DNA from: the human T2T-CHM13v2.0 reference genome, Homo sapiens
Assembly: GCF_009914755.1 (NCBI RefSeq)
Contig: NC_060947.1
DNA length: 64,000 bases
Strand: one strand, 5' to 3'
This document shows positions 1-10,264 of this stretch, piece by piece. Both the position numbers and the translations under genes were made by a program. The notes under the pieces are model-generated. The model had not been told where the DNA came from and made no database searches. It saw only the letters and a list, made by a program, of their open reading frames with translations. Each line of letters starts with the position of its first letter. The stretch's first letter is position 1.

Positions 1-483
1 ATTGCTTTAAAATCATTTCAAGTAGTTATAATGCACTTTCACAGAAACATCATTTTGCCTGAAGCATACAGGAGGGACACGGAATCAGGAACGAACAGAA
101 TGGAGGCCCCTGGAGCTATGTTTATAGATCCTTGCTCATTTATTGTGCAATTTATTCACTATAGCTTAAGGGACAAGCAAGCATTCATCACCCACTGCTC
201 CCATCATTTTCAAGGCTGTTCAGTAGATAACACAAATGCTAAGCAAACAAGTCTTTTGATCCATTTCAATCTACTTCTGATTTTTCTTTTAGGTAACAAA
301 AGTTTATTGATTTGACTCTATCTATGTGTTTCTATCTCTATGTCTACATCTAAAATTTTTCCATCTGTGTCTCTATTTACACATAAAATTGGAAAAAACA
401 CCACCCTTGGAGTATTCTCTGAACAGGGACAGAAAGTAAAATTGTTTGGTACAAAAGGGATTCCCATCTAAGAGTTTAATATG

Positions 484-911
484 TGTGGAGTCTTAAATAG
501 ACAAAGGAGTTAGGCTGGTGAGAGATGGGAAAAACAAAAAGAAAAAAACAGATAAGCTCTAAGTACGCCTTTCTTCACGGTTCAGGTCATATAGACCTCC
601 TGTGCAAACAACTGACAATCTTCCTGAGCCCAACTATCATTAGACACCTACAAGTTAGGTCACCGCAACCTTAGCATTTTTAGTACTGCACAAAGCCCTC
701 TTCAGCAGACAGCATAAACACTATTTTATAAAATTTCCACCGAGCCTTTGTTTCCCGGCAGTCAGTTTCTGCTGGCCTTCCCATTGCCTCCTTGCAAACT
801 ATTTTCCTAATAATTTTTCTAATAAATCTGCCTTTCTTTACCTACAACTGTCTTGGCAAATTCTTCTATCCCCATGCCACCGGCCCAGATAGTTGTCGTT
901 CACCTGTAATA
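484..911 (+). mobile_element. 5' LTR of a class I (ERV1, MER4-group) provirus; LTR23/MER66-like
   Basis: Starts TGTGGAGTC, has TATAAAA near 728 and AATAAA at 821, and is followed immediately by a PBS; exact family uncertain. Confidence 0.75.
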
Positions 912-914
912 TTT

Positions 915-932
915 TGGTGGCCCATTAGGGGA
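915..932 (+). promoter_or_regulatory. Primer binding site, tRNA-Ile-like
   Basis: TGGTGGCCCATTAGGGGA resembles the complement of the tRNA-Ile(AAT) 3' end, TGGTGGCCCGTACGGGGA (15/18), directly after the LTR. Confidence 0.65.
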
Positions 933-1172
933 CTTTCTTTTCACGGGGAACTCTCTCCCCTGTCTCTTTCCCTTTCCCAACTTGGGACCCTCAGCAGACA
1001 GCGTCTAAGCATGAGCCAATTGCAGGTCACTGATTGGAGCTACACACAGGTGGGACCAAAAGGTGTCTATGTGGAAGTGTCTGACCACCATCACCCGTTT
1101 TGGTCAAAGGACCTGAGTTTACTTATTTTTTTCTGTCTTCAGCAGCCAGTTTCTTGCATCCCTCTGGCAATT
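933..1172 (+). mobile_element. ERV1 leader (5' internal) fragment
   Basis: Follows the PBS; stops abruptly at GGCAATT where THE1 sequence begins. Confidence 0.6.
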
Positions 1173-2074
1173 AAACCTGTTTTCCTTATATATTACCCAG
1201 TCTCAGGTATTTCTTTACAGCAGCATGAGAACGGACTAATACAGTAAGATGATACAGCAGAGAGTGGGATACTGCTATAAAGGGACTGAAAAATGTGGAA
1301 GTAACTTTGGAACTGGGTAACAGGCAGAGGTTGGAAGAGTTTGGAGGGCTCAGAAGAAGACAGGGAGATGTGGGAAAATTTGGAACTTCCTAGAGACTTG
1401 TTGAATGGTTTTGATCAAAATGCTGATAGTGATATGGACAATGAAGTCCAGGCTGAGGTGGTTTCAGATGGAGATGAGGAACTTGTTGGAAACTGGAATA
1501 AAGGTGACTCTTGCTATGCTTTATCAAAGAGACTGGTGGCATTTTTTTGCCTCTGCCTTAGAGATCTGTGGAACTTTGAACTTGAGAGAGATGATTTAGG
1601 GTATCTAACAGAAGACATTTTTAAGTGGCAAAGTGTTCAAGAGGAAGCTGAGCATAAAAGTTTGGAAAATTTGTAGCCTGACCATGCAATAGAAAAGAAA
1701 AATCCATTTTTATGGGGAGAAATTCAAGCAGGCCACAGAATTTGTATAAGTAACGAGAAGCTGAACATTATTTCCCAAGCTAATGGGAAAAATGTCTCCA
1801 GGGCGTGTCAGAGACCTCCATGCCAGCCCTCTCCCATCAAAGGCCCAGAGGCCTAGGAGGAATACATGGTTTCATGGGCCTGGCCCAGTGCCCCCCTGCT
1901 CTATGCAGCCTTGAGACATGGTGCCCTGCGTATCAGCTGCTTCAGCTTCAGGTGATTGTAATTACCTGAGGCCTCCCCAGCCATGCTGAACTCTGAGTCA
2001 AAAAACCTCTTTTCTTTATAAGTTACCCAGTCTCTGGTATGTCTTTATTAGCAGTGTGACAACAGACTAATACA
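1168..2074 (+). mobile_element. THE1 (MaLR) composite: LTR 3' stub (to 1243), internal (1244-1950), partial LTR (1951-2074)
   Basis: Two CTAATACA LTR ends (1243, 2074); internal ORF remnant MEGSEEDREMWENLELPRDLLNGFDQNADSD typical of THE1/MST-int. Confidence 0.9.
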
Positions 2075-4120
2075 GAGGGCTCTGATTGTCTCACAGCTGT
2101 ATGTAGTAGAGGATCTTCACTTAGTGCCTGAGTGGCTTTGACTCTGGAGAGGCGGACCCATGGAGAGACACCTCGGAGATTTACAGCCATTGGGGTGGTA
2201 GGAAGAACTCGATATGGCCCAGTCCAGATGGATTCTAAAGGCCTTTCCTCCTATGCGAGAGTTTTAAGATACACCCAGTCCTCAGGCATCAGTTTAGGCT
2301 GTGTGTTCTCTGGAAAAGAGGGATTGGGTTTTAGACTATGAAGATTTTGGTAATGGTTAATGGTTTTGATGGTTTGTCCTAAGAGATATCACATGCTGTG
2401 TGAAATAATGACTTTCTGGATCTAACAAGAGGTCTGTTTGTAAGAAGGGCCTTCCATAAAGAACTTCAAATGGGCTGAGATGGGTTTCTGAATTTGGGGT
2501 AATGCAAGACCTTAAGAGGGCAATAGGGAGCACAGCGGGCCGTGACTGTTCAGTTTCCTGTATTAGCTTTGTGAGATGCCTTTTTATGGTTTGATTAGCT
2601 TTTTCTACTTTTCCAGAGGATTGTGGATACCAGAATGCAAGCAAGTTGTATTTCATTTGAAGGGCCTTAGCAACTTCTTGTTTTGAGAAATGAAGGCAGG
2701 GCCATTGTCTTACGGAATGAGTAAGGGAGCCCAACACAGGGAAGAATGTGGTCCAAAAGGGCCGTGGTGGCTTCTAATGCCTGTTCAGTTTTGGTGGGAA
2801 AGGCCTCTATCCCCCCAAGTATCTACAAAGACTAGCAAGTATTTAAGTTCCTTGCATTGGAGGCATGTGTGTAAAATCTAGCTGCCAATCTTCTCCTGGT
2901 AGGGTCCCTCATCTTCGAATGGAGTAGAGGAGAGGAGGAGATTTGTGGGTCCCTTCAGGATTCATTTTCGCAGCATGTGGCACAAGCCTGCAAGATGGCT
3001 CACTGAAGATTGGGTTATTCCTTTACCAATAAACAGTGGACTTACTAAGTTTTGGAGGGCTTTGGCCCCCACATTAGTTGATTTGTGTTAAGCTTTTTAA
3101 ATGTTTCCATTGTGAAGCTCCTGGAACGAAAGTCTGCCGTTAGAGCTTTTTAGCCAGCTTTCTGAGGTATGAGAGAAGCCTTTCACTAGAGCCCTTTGGG
3201 TTTCTTTCTGTGAATAGCGTGAGACAGGAGAGTGGGGTTAGGAACCAAAACTGCCTGAAGGGGCAGCCTGGCAGCTGCTTTTGCTTAGTCATCAGCTCAC
3301 TTGTTCCCAATTGAGATTTCATCACTGCTTCCCTGATGGGCTCTGCAGTGAATGATAGCTACCTGTGCAAAAAGCAAAATTGTCTCTAACAGAATCATGA
3401 TTACAGGAGCATGTCTAATCGGAGAAGTTTGGTCTGTTGAGAGTTTCCTTTTTCACCAAATGGCTGCATGGGCATGTACTACATGAATGCATAGGCTGAG
3501 TCTGTGTAAATATTAAATCTCATGCCTGGTCCTAATTGTAAGGCTTGAGTAAGGGCAATAAGTTCTGCCTTCTGGGCTGAGGTGGTGCTGCCTGGTACGG
3601 GCCTTGATTCTATAACTTCAGTAAGGCTAACAATTGCATACCCTGATAACTGGCTACCTTCCAACATGAAACTACTGCTGTCTGTGAACCAAGTGGCCTC
3701 TAGATTGGTAAGGGGGGTGTCTTGGAGGTCTGTTCTGGTGCTACAAGTTAAATCAATAGTTTGTAAGCAGGAGTGTTTAAGTGGTCCATCTGCATTTGGA
3801 GATGGTAACAGGGTGGCAGGATTAAGAAACTGACGTGGCTTAATGTTTAATTATGGTGTTTGCAGTACTGATTGATATCTGCTAATTCCACTATTAGAGA
3901 CCCAGTGAAAGGGCTTTGAGGTTAAAATATTTGTTACATTGTGTGGTGTATATATTATTATTTCTTGGCCCAGAGTTAGCTTGGAGACCCCCCTCAACTA
4001 ATAGGGTCACAGATGCTAGTGCATGGAGGAATGGAGGCCAGCCCTGTGCCAACCAATCAGGGTTCTCTGATAACTGATTGGTCATTGGAAGGGATCCAAT
4101 GGCTGGGTTAGGACCATTTT
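2075..4120 (-). pseudogene. pol: Gammaretrovirus-like pol remnant (RT tether, RNase H, integrase), disrupted
   Basis: Minus-strand motifs WLAQGWPP, SAQKAELIALTQAL, NIYTDSAYAF, YPQSSGKVEKANQTIK, LSPFEVLYGRPF, WTGPY; many stops and frameshifts. Confidence 0.92.
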
Positions 4121-5609
4121 CAGGGTACAGCCCTACTCCTGGCTGCTTTCATGGGCTGGCATTGAGTGTCTGCAGCTTTTCCAGGCACATGGTGCAAGTT
4201 GTTGGTGGATCTATCATTCCGGGGTCTGGAGAACAGTGGCCCTCTTCTCAGAGCTCCACTAGGCAGTGTCCCAGTGGGTACTCTGTGTAGGGGCTTCTAC
4301 CCCACATTTTCCTTTTATACTAACGTGGCAGAGGTTCTCCATGAGGGCTCTGGCCCTGCAGCAAACTTCTGCCTGAATATCCAGGCCTTTCCATACGTAC
4401 TCTGAAATCTAGGCAGAGGTTTCTTAACCTCAATTCTTGACTTGTATGCACCCACAGGCCCAACACCATGTGAAAGCTGCCAAGGGTTGGGTCTTACACT
4501 CTCTGAAGCAATGGCCTGAGCTGTCTGTTGGCCCCTTATAGCCATGCCTGGAGTGGCTGGGATGTAGGGCACCAAGTCCCAAGGCTGCATACAGTAGTGG
4601 GTCCCTGGACCTGGCCCAGGAAACCACTTTTCCTTCCTAGGCCTTGGAGTCTGTGATGGCAGGGGCTGTTGTGATGGTCTCTGACATGCCCTGGAGACAT
4701 TTACCCCATTGTCTTGGTGATTAACATCCAGCTCCTCATTACTTATGCAAATTTCTGCAGTGGGCTTGAATTTCTCTTCAGAAAATGGGATTTTCTTTCC
4801 TATCCCATGATCAGGCTGCAAATTTTCCAAACTTTTATTCTCTGCTTCCTCTTGAATCCTTTGCTGCTTAGAAATTTCTTTGGCCAGATACCCTAAATCA
4901 TGTCTCACAAATTCAATGTTCCACAGATCTCTGGGGCAGGAGCAAAATGCCACCAGTCTCTTTGCATAGCAACAGTGACCTTTACTCCAGTTCCCAACAA
5001 GTTTCCCATCTCGCTCTAAAACCACCTCAGCCTGGACTTTATTGTCCATATTATTATCAGCATTTTGATCAAAGCCATTTATCAAGTCTCTAGGAAGTTC
5101 TAAACTTTCCCACATCTTCCTGTCTTCTTCTGAGACCTCCAAATTGTTTCAACCTCTGCCTGTTTCCCAGTTCCGAAGTTGCTTCCACATTTTTGGATAT
5201 CTTTATAGGAGCACTCCACTCCTGGTACCAATTTCCTGTATTAGTCCATTCTCATGCTGCTAACAAAGACATATCTGATAGTGGGTAATTTATAAAGAAA
5301 AGAGGTTTAACTGACTCACCATTCTGCATTCGGCCTCAGGAAACTTACAATTATGGTGGAAGGGGAAGCAAACACATCCTTCTTCACATGGTGGCAGGGA
5401 GAAGAAGACTGAGTGCCCAGTGCAGGGGGAAGCCCCTTATAAAACCATCAGATCTCCTGAGAGCAGGATGGGAGAAACCGCCTGCATGATTCATTTGTCT
5501 TCACCTGGTCCCACCCATGATATATGGGGATTTGGGGAACTATAATTCAAAATGGGATTTGGGGAACTATAATTCAAAATGAGATTTGGGTGAGGACACA
5601 GACAAATCA
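4121..5609 (-). mobile_element. THE1 (THE1C/D-like): 5' LTR 5237-5609 plus truncated internal 4121-5236
   Basis: TGTATTAGTCCATTCTCATGCTGCT LTR end at 5237; MaLR internal ORF 4315..5142 (275 aa). Confidence 0.9.
5527..5580. repeat. Perfect 27-bp tandem duplication within THE1 LTR
   Basis: GGGATTTGGGGAACTATAATTCAAAAT twice (5527-5553, 5554-5580). Confidence 0.95.
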
Positions 5610-5614
5610 GCCTC

Positions 5615-6700
5615 TATCTATTGTTTAGACAAACTCAGACTCTGAGTTGGATTCAGGTAATACTAACCCTAATTTTCAACTCTAGCTTCAAGGAGTTTCT
5701 TTTTCCTTACTCCCTTAACTTTCCTTAAAAATCAATGAAATCTACTTTTTTCCTGGCTTCTTTACTTAATTACAGCTGTAAACTGCATCCTGGTCATTAC
5801 TTTCATTGTTCTGCACTTCAACTGCCTTTTTACATCTGGATGCAATAATATTCTCCTTTCTCCTTGAACTTCACTCTTTAAGAATAAGCATGCCAATGAC
5901 TCAACCACCATAACATAGTCTGGCTACTGTAGCTAACAATTAAAGCTATTACTGAGTCCTCTGAAATTTCTGGTGGGGATCCCAGATAGTTAATCTATTT
6001 ATTAAATTAGCAAACAGATACTCATCAAGGCAGTTTGCACTCTATCAAGCACATAAAAACATGCAAGCGCTGGTGGACTCAAGGCAGTAATACCAACTTT
6101 GAGATTTGGGTTTATCTAATCAGCCATATAATTTAATGTCACAAAATCAATACCACATACTATAGGAAAAATAGCATAAAATTTTCAGTAAAAACTTCCT
6201 TCACTTGGATTTTCTGAAGAGATAACCAATTAGAACAATTTCTAAAAACCAGATGCCTAAACAATATTTTATCCTTGATGACCTTGTTTGTAACTGTGCT
6301 TTCTAAATTACCAATCACCAAAGGAAGGAGGCATGAACTTCAAGGTTATAATTTACAGAGATCCCAAAAACATCATTTAATACCAGGGCTTCCTGCTTTC
6401 CCAAGAAATCTAGAATATTTTGATCTCTCTTGAAGTTGACGGAAATTAGCCCAATGGCTTTTTAAAACTTTATTCTTAGAGCTAACTCTTTTTACTCAAT
6501 TCTATTACAGGCTCACAGTAATTATCCAACTGCTTCACTTAAACAGCTTCATCCTCTTGACATTAATACTATTATAAGGGAAGTAGGATATGGTTGCTAT
6601 TTGCAGGGGGATTTCCAAGATTACCACCCAGATAAAATTTCTTTATATTTGTCCTAGTAATCTCATATACCTCCATGCCACAACCACAATATACCAAGGT
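5615..6700 (+). mobile_element. ERV1 internal region between pol end and env
   Basis: Begins with codons YLLFRQ that complete the pol C-terminus; leads into env. Confidence 0.6.
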
Positions 6701-8400
6701 ACTAGGTGTTTGTTTGTTTTTCTTATACTCTGTACAGTCCTTCTCCTTTCCTGTCTCCCTGAATTCACTATATATTGTCACCTTTAACATGTCAGGCTTC
6801 ATCCTAGTTACTTGGATATCTCTCCAATTAGCATTAACACTTACAATGAACCTTACTCTGCCAAGTCTTGTGGATTACACTGTACTTGAAGGGACTCACA
6901 AGCTATTAAGGAAACAACATTCTCTGTGTGCCAAGGATTGTTGGTTTTGTTTACTATTAGTCCCTGAAAGGTATGATTCCACATTCCCTATTTATGCTCA
7001 GAATTTCATCCCTTTTAACACCACCTTGTATCCCAAATTCCTGTTTTCCCACTCCCACAGGACCCTAAAAAGCATACATAAGGCATGGTAGCTTCATTCT
7101 CTGCCTATTTAAGTCAATACACAACCAAGCTAAAAACATAAACCCTCTCAAAGGACTGGTTCCCTGACCCAAGAGAAAATCCCCTGTTGTAGGCCCCCTT
7201 TTTAAACAAGTCCAATTCAAACATTAAGCTTTTTTTTTTAAGCAACAGAAAACAAACATTACTTCAACCCTGTTGGTAATGTTCCTAAACCCCTTTGCAA
7301 CTACACTGTAACTATAAATTGTACCAATAGAAAATATGTATCAGGGGAAAATATAATTTGGTACCAGTTAGAATATCAGGCCTAGCCAACCTCAATGCCC
7401 CAAATCTCCAAACTATAAACTATCACTTCTGTACAGTGAGGCCCTCTCCAGACACTTGTCCTGATGTAACTCCATGGCAAAATGGCAAGGTTATGAATTC
7501 CCCTAACAATTGCCTACAAATTCTCATGTTCAGCAACCCCAAATCTCAGATTTTTCTAGACTCTCAATGCTTTCAGTTATTCTGGGAAAACAAAATCCAC
7601 CCAAATGCAAACTATAATATCCAAGCCTTACAGCCTCTTACAACTGCTACTCTAGCTACCTCATACTTGTTCTTCAGGTCAGAAGGCCAAAACACACTTC
7701 GTTTCTTCACTCTAAGTTTAATATCTTGCCTTAAATCTGAGGAAGCATTCTTCCTCCATAAACAAATGCATGTATTTGTCTTCCAGCCAACTGAACTAGA
7801 ACTTGTACACTAGTTTACTTAGCCCTAGACATCCAAATTGCTCCTTCCAATCAATTCCTTCCAATCCCACTTTATAGTTCTAGCAGAGAAAACTGAGCAA
7901 TCCATCTGATTGCCCTGTTCATTGGCCTAGGGATTGCCATTGGGTTAAGCATGGGAATAATAGGTATGAGCCTCACAGCCCATACTTATTATACCCTCTC
8001 AATGGAACACCCCACCAAGCTCAAACATATCTCGGACACCCAGGAAGTCCTCCAAAATCAGGCCAACTTCATAGCACAAATTGTTCTCCAAAATGGCTGT
8101 GGCATAAATCTGCTTACAGGAGCCCAATGGGGTATTTGTTTAGTCCTTGAATAGGAATGTTGTGTTTATGTTAATCAGTCGGGAATAGTGCAGAACCATG
8201 TCCAAAAAAAAAAAAAAAAAAAAAAAACCATGTCAAGCTGCTGAAATAGAAAAAAAAAAAAAAAGCATCACAAGAATAGTCTTCATGGATATCTACTTTG
8301 GGATGGTTCTCCTGGTTCCTCTCCTTTTTGGGGCCACAAACAGGTATTTTATTCTTCCTTCTTTTCAGTCCTTGTATCTTCAACTTACTTGTCAAATTTT
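6700..8400 (+). pseudogene. env: Gamma-type env remnant (SU and TM), disrupted
   Basis: SU CWFC (CXXC) at 6939-6950; degenerate furin site near 7881; hydrophobic fusion peptide; ISD-like [34 protein letters not shown] with CX6CC; TM end FSPCIFNLLVKF. Confidence 0.9.
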
Positions 8401-8828
8401 CTAGATCTTGTGGGCATGCTTCAATCTCTTTATTCTTTTTTCTTTAGTCTCCTTTGTGTACTTTCAAATAGCCTGTCTTCAAGCTCATTAATTCTTTCTT
8501 TGCTTGATCCGTTCTGCTAAGAGATTCTGATGCATTCTTCAGTATGTCAATTCCATCTTTCAACTCCATAATTTCTGTTTGATTTTTTAAATTTATTTCA
8601 ATGTCTTTGTTAAATTTATCTGATATTATTCTAAATTTCTTCTCTTTGTTATTATGAATGAGTTTCTTAAAAACAGCTATTTTGATTTCTGTGTCTGAAA
8701 CAACACGTGCATCCATTTCTCTGGCATTGTTTCCTGGTGCTTTATTTAGTTTATTTTGTGAACTTATTGTTTCCCGGATAGCCTTGATGCCTGTGGGTGT
8801 TAACTGTTGTCTGTGCATCGAGTAGTTA

Positions 8829-10264
8829 TGTGTCCGAAATTGGTGGGTTCTTGGTCTCACTGACTTCAAGAATGAAGCCGCAGACCCTCGTGGTGAGTGT
8901 TACAGTTCTTAAAGATGTGTGTCCGGAGTTTGTTCCTTCTGATGTTCGGACGTGTTCGGAGTTTATTCCTTCTGGTGGGTTCGTGGTCTCGCTGGATTCA
9001 GGAGTGAAGCTGCGGACCTTCGCGGTGAGGGTTACAGCTCTTAAGGTGGCACGTCTGGAGTTGTTCGTTCCTCCTGTCCGGAGTTGTTCATTCCTCCCGG
9101 TGGGTTTGTGGTCTCGCTGGCCTCAGGAGTGAAGCTGCAGACCTTCATGGTGAGTGTTATAGCTCATAAAGGCAGCGTGGACCCAAAGAGTGAGCAACAG
9201 CAAGATTTATTGCAAAGAGCGAAAGAACAAAGCTTCCACAATGTGGAAGGGGACCCAAGTGGATAGCCACTGCTGGATCCAGCAGCCTGCTTTTATTCTC
9301 TTATGTGGCCCCACCCACAACCTGCTGATTGGTCAATTTTACAGAGAGCTGATTGGTCCATTTTGACAGGGTGCTGATTGGTGTGTTTACAATCCCTGAG
9401 CTAGACACAGCGTGCTGATTGGTGTGTTTACAATCCCTGAGCTAGACACAGCGTGCTGATTGGTGCATTTACAATCCTTTAGCTAGACATAAAAGTTTTC
9501 CAAGTCCCCACTAGATTATCTAGACACAGAGCACTGACTGGTACGTTTACAAACCTTGAGCTAGACACAGAGTGCTGATTGGTGTATTTACAATCCTTTA
9601 GCTAGACATAAAAGTTCTCCATGCCCCCACCCGACTCAGGAGCCCAGCTGGCTTCGCCTAGTGGATCCCGCACCAGGGCCACGGGTGGAGCTGCCCGCCA
9701 TTCCCATGCCATGCACCTGCATTCCTCAGCCCTTGGGTGGTTGATGGGACTGGGTGCTGCAGAGCAGGGGGGTGGTGCCCATCAGGGAGGCTCGGGCCGT
9801 GGGGCAGCCCACCATGGGGGGGCTCGGGCATGGCGGGCTGCAGGTCCTGAGCCATGCCCCGCGGGGAGATGGCTGAGGCCCGGCGAGAATTCAAGTGCAG
9901 CGTGGATGGGCCGGCAGTGCTGGGGAACCCGGTGCCCCTCCACAGCTGCTGGCCCGGGTGCTAAGCCCCTCACTGCCTGGAGCAGCAGCACTGGCTGGCC
10001 ACTCTGAGTGTGGGGCCCACCGAGCCCACGCTCACCCAGAACTCACGCTGGCCCGCAAGTGTCGCTCCCAGTTTCCCGCCCGTGCCTCTCCCTCCACACC
10101 TCCCCGCAAGCAGAGGGAGCCAGCTCCAGCCTCTGCCAGCCCAGAGAGGGGCTCCCACAGTACAGAGGCAGGCTGAAGGGCTCCTCAAGCATGGCCAGAG
10201 TGGATGCCGAGGCCAAGGAGGCGCTGAGAGCGAGCGAGGGCCGTCAGCACATTGTCACCTCTCA
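8829..10264 (-). mobile_element. Solo LTR12 (ERV9 LTR; LTR12C/D/E-like)
   Basis: Plus-strand ends TGTGTCCGAAATTGGTGGG and GTCACCTCTCA; 4-bp TSD GTTA at 8825-8828 and 10265-10268; characteristic U3 and U5 tandem repeats. Confidence 0.97.
9320..9620 (-). promoter_or_regulatory. LTR12 U3 enhancer tandem repeats with CCAAT (NF-Y) motifs
   Basis: Roughly 41-bp units GCTAGACACAGCGTGCTGATTGGTGTGTTTACAATCCCTGA; CTGATTGG reads CCAATCAG on the LTR sense strand. Confidence 0.85.

Noticed and set aside
31-315. 94-aa ORF at window start
   Set aside because: No recognisable domain or exon structure; length expected by chance.
6675-8404. Possible domesticated env (syncytin-like) gene
   Set aside because: Multiple stops and frameshifts, including at the furin site and within CX6CC.
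8797-9266. Repeated 70-110 bp units resembling a spaced repeat array
   Set aside because: These are the ordinary LTR12 R/U5 tandem repeats; no unique spacers, not CRISPR.
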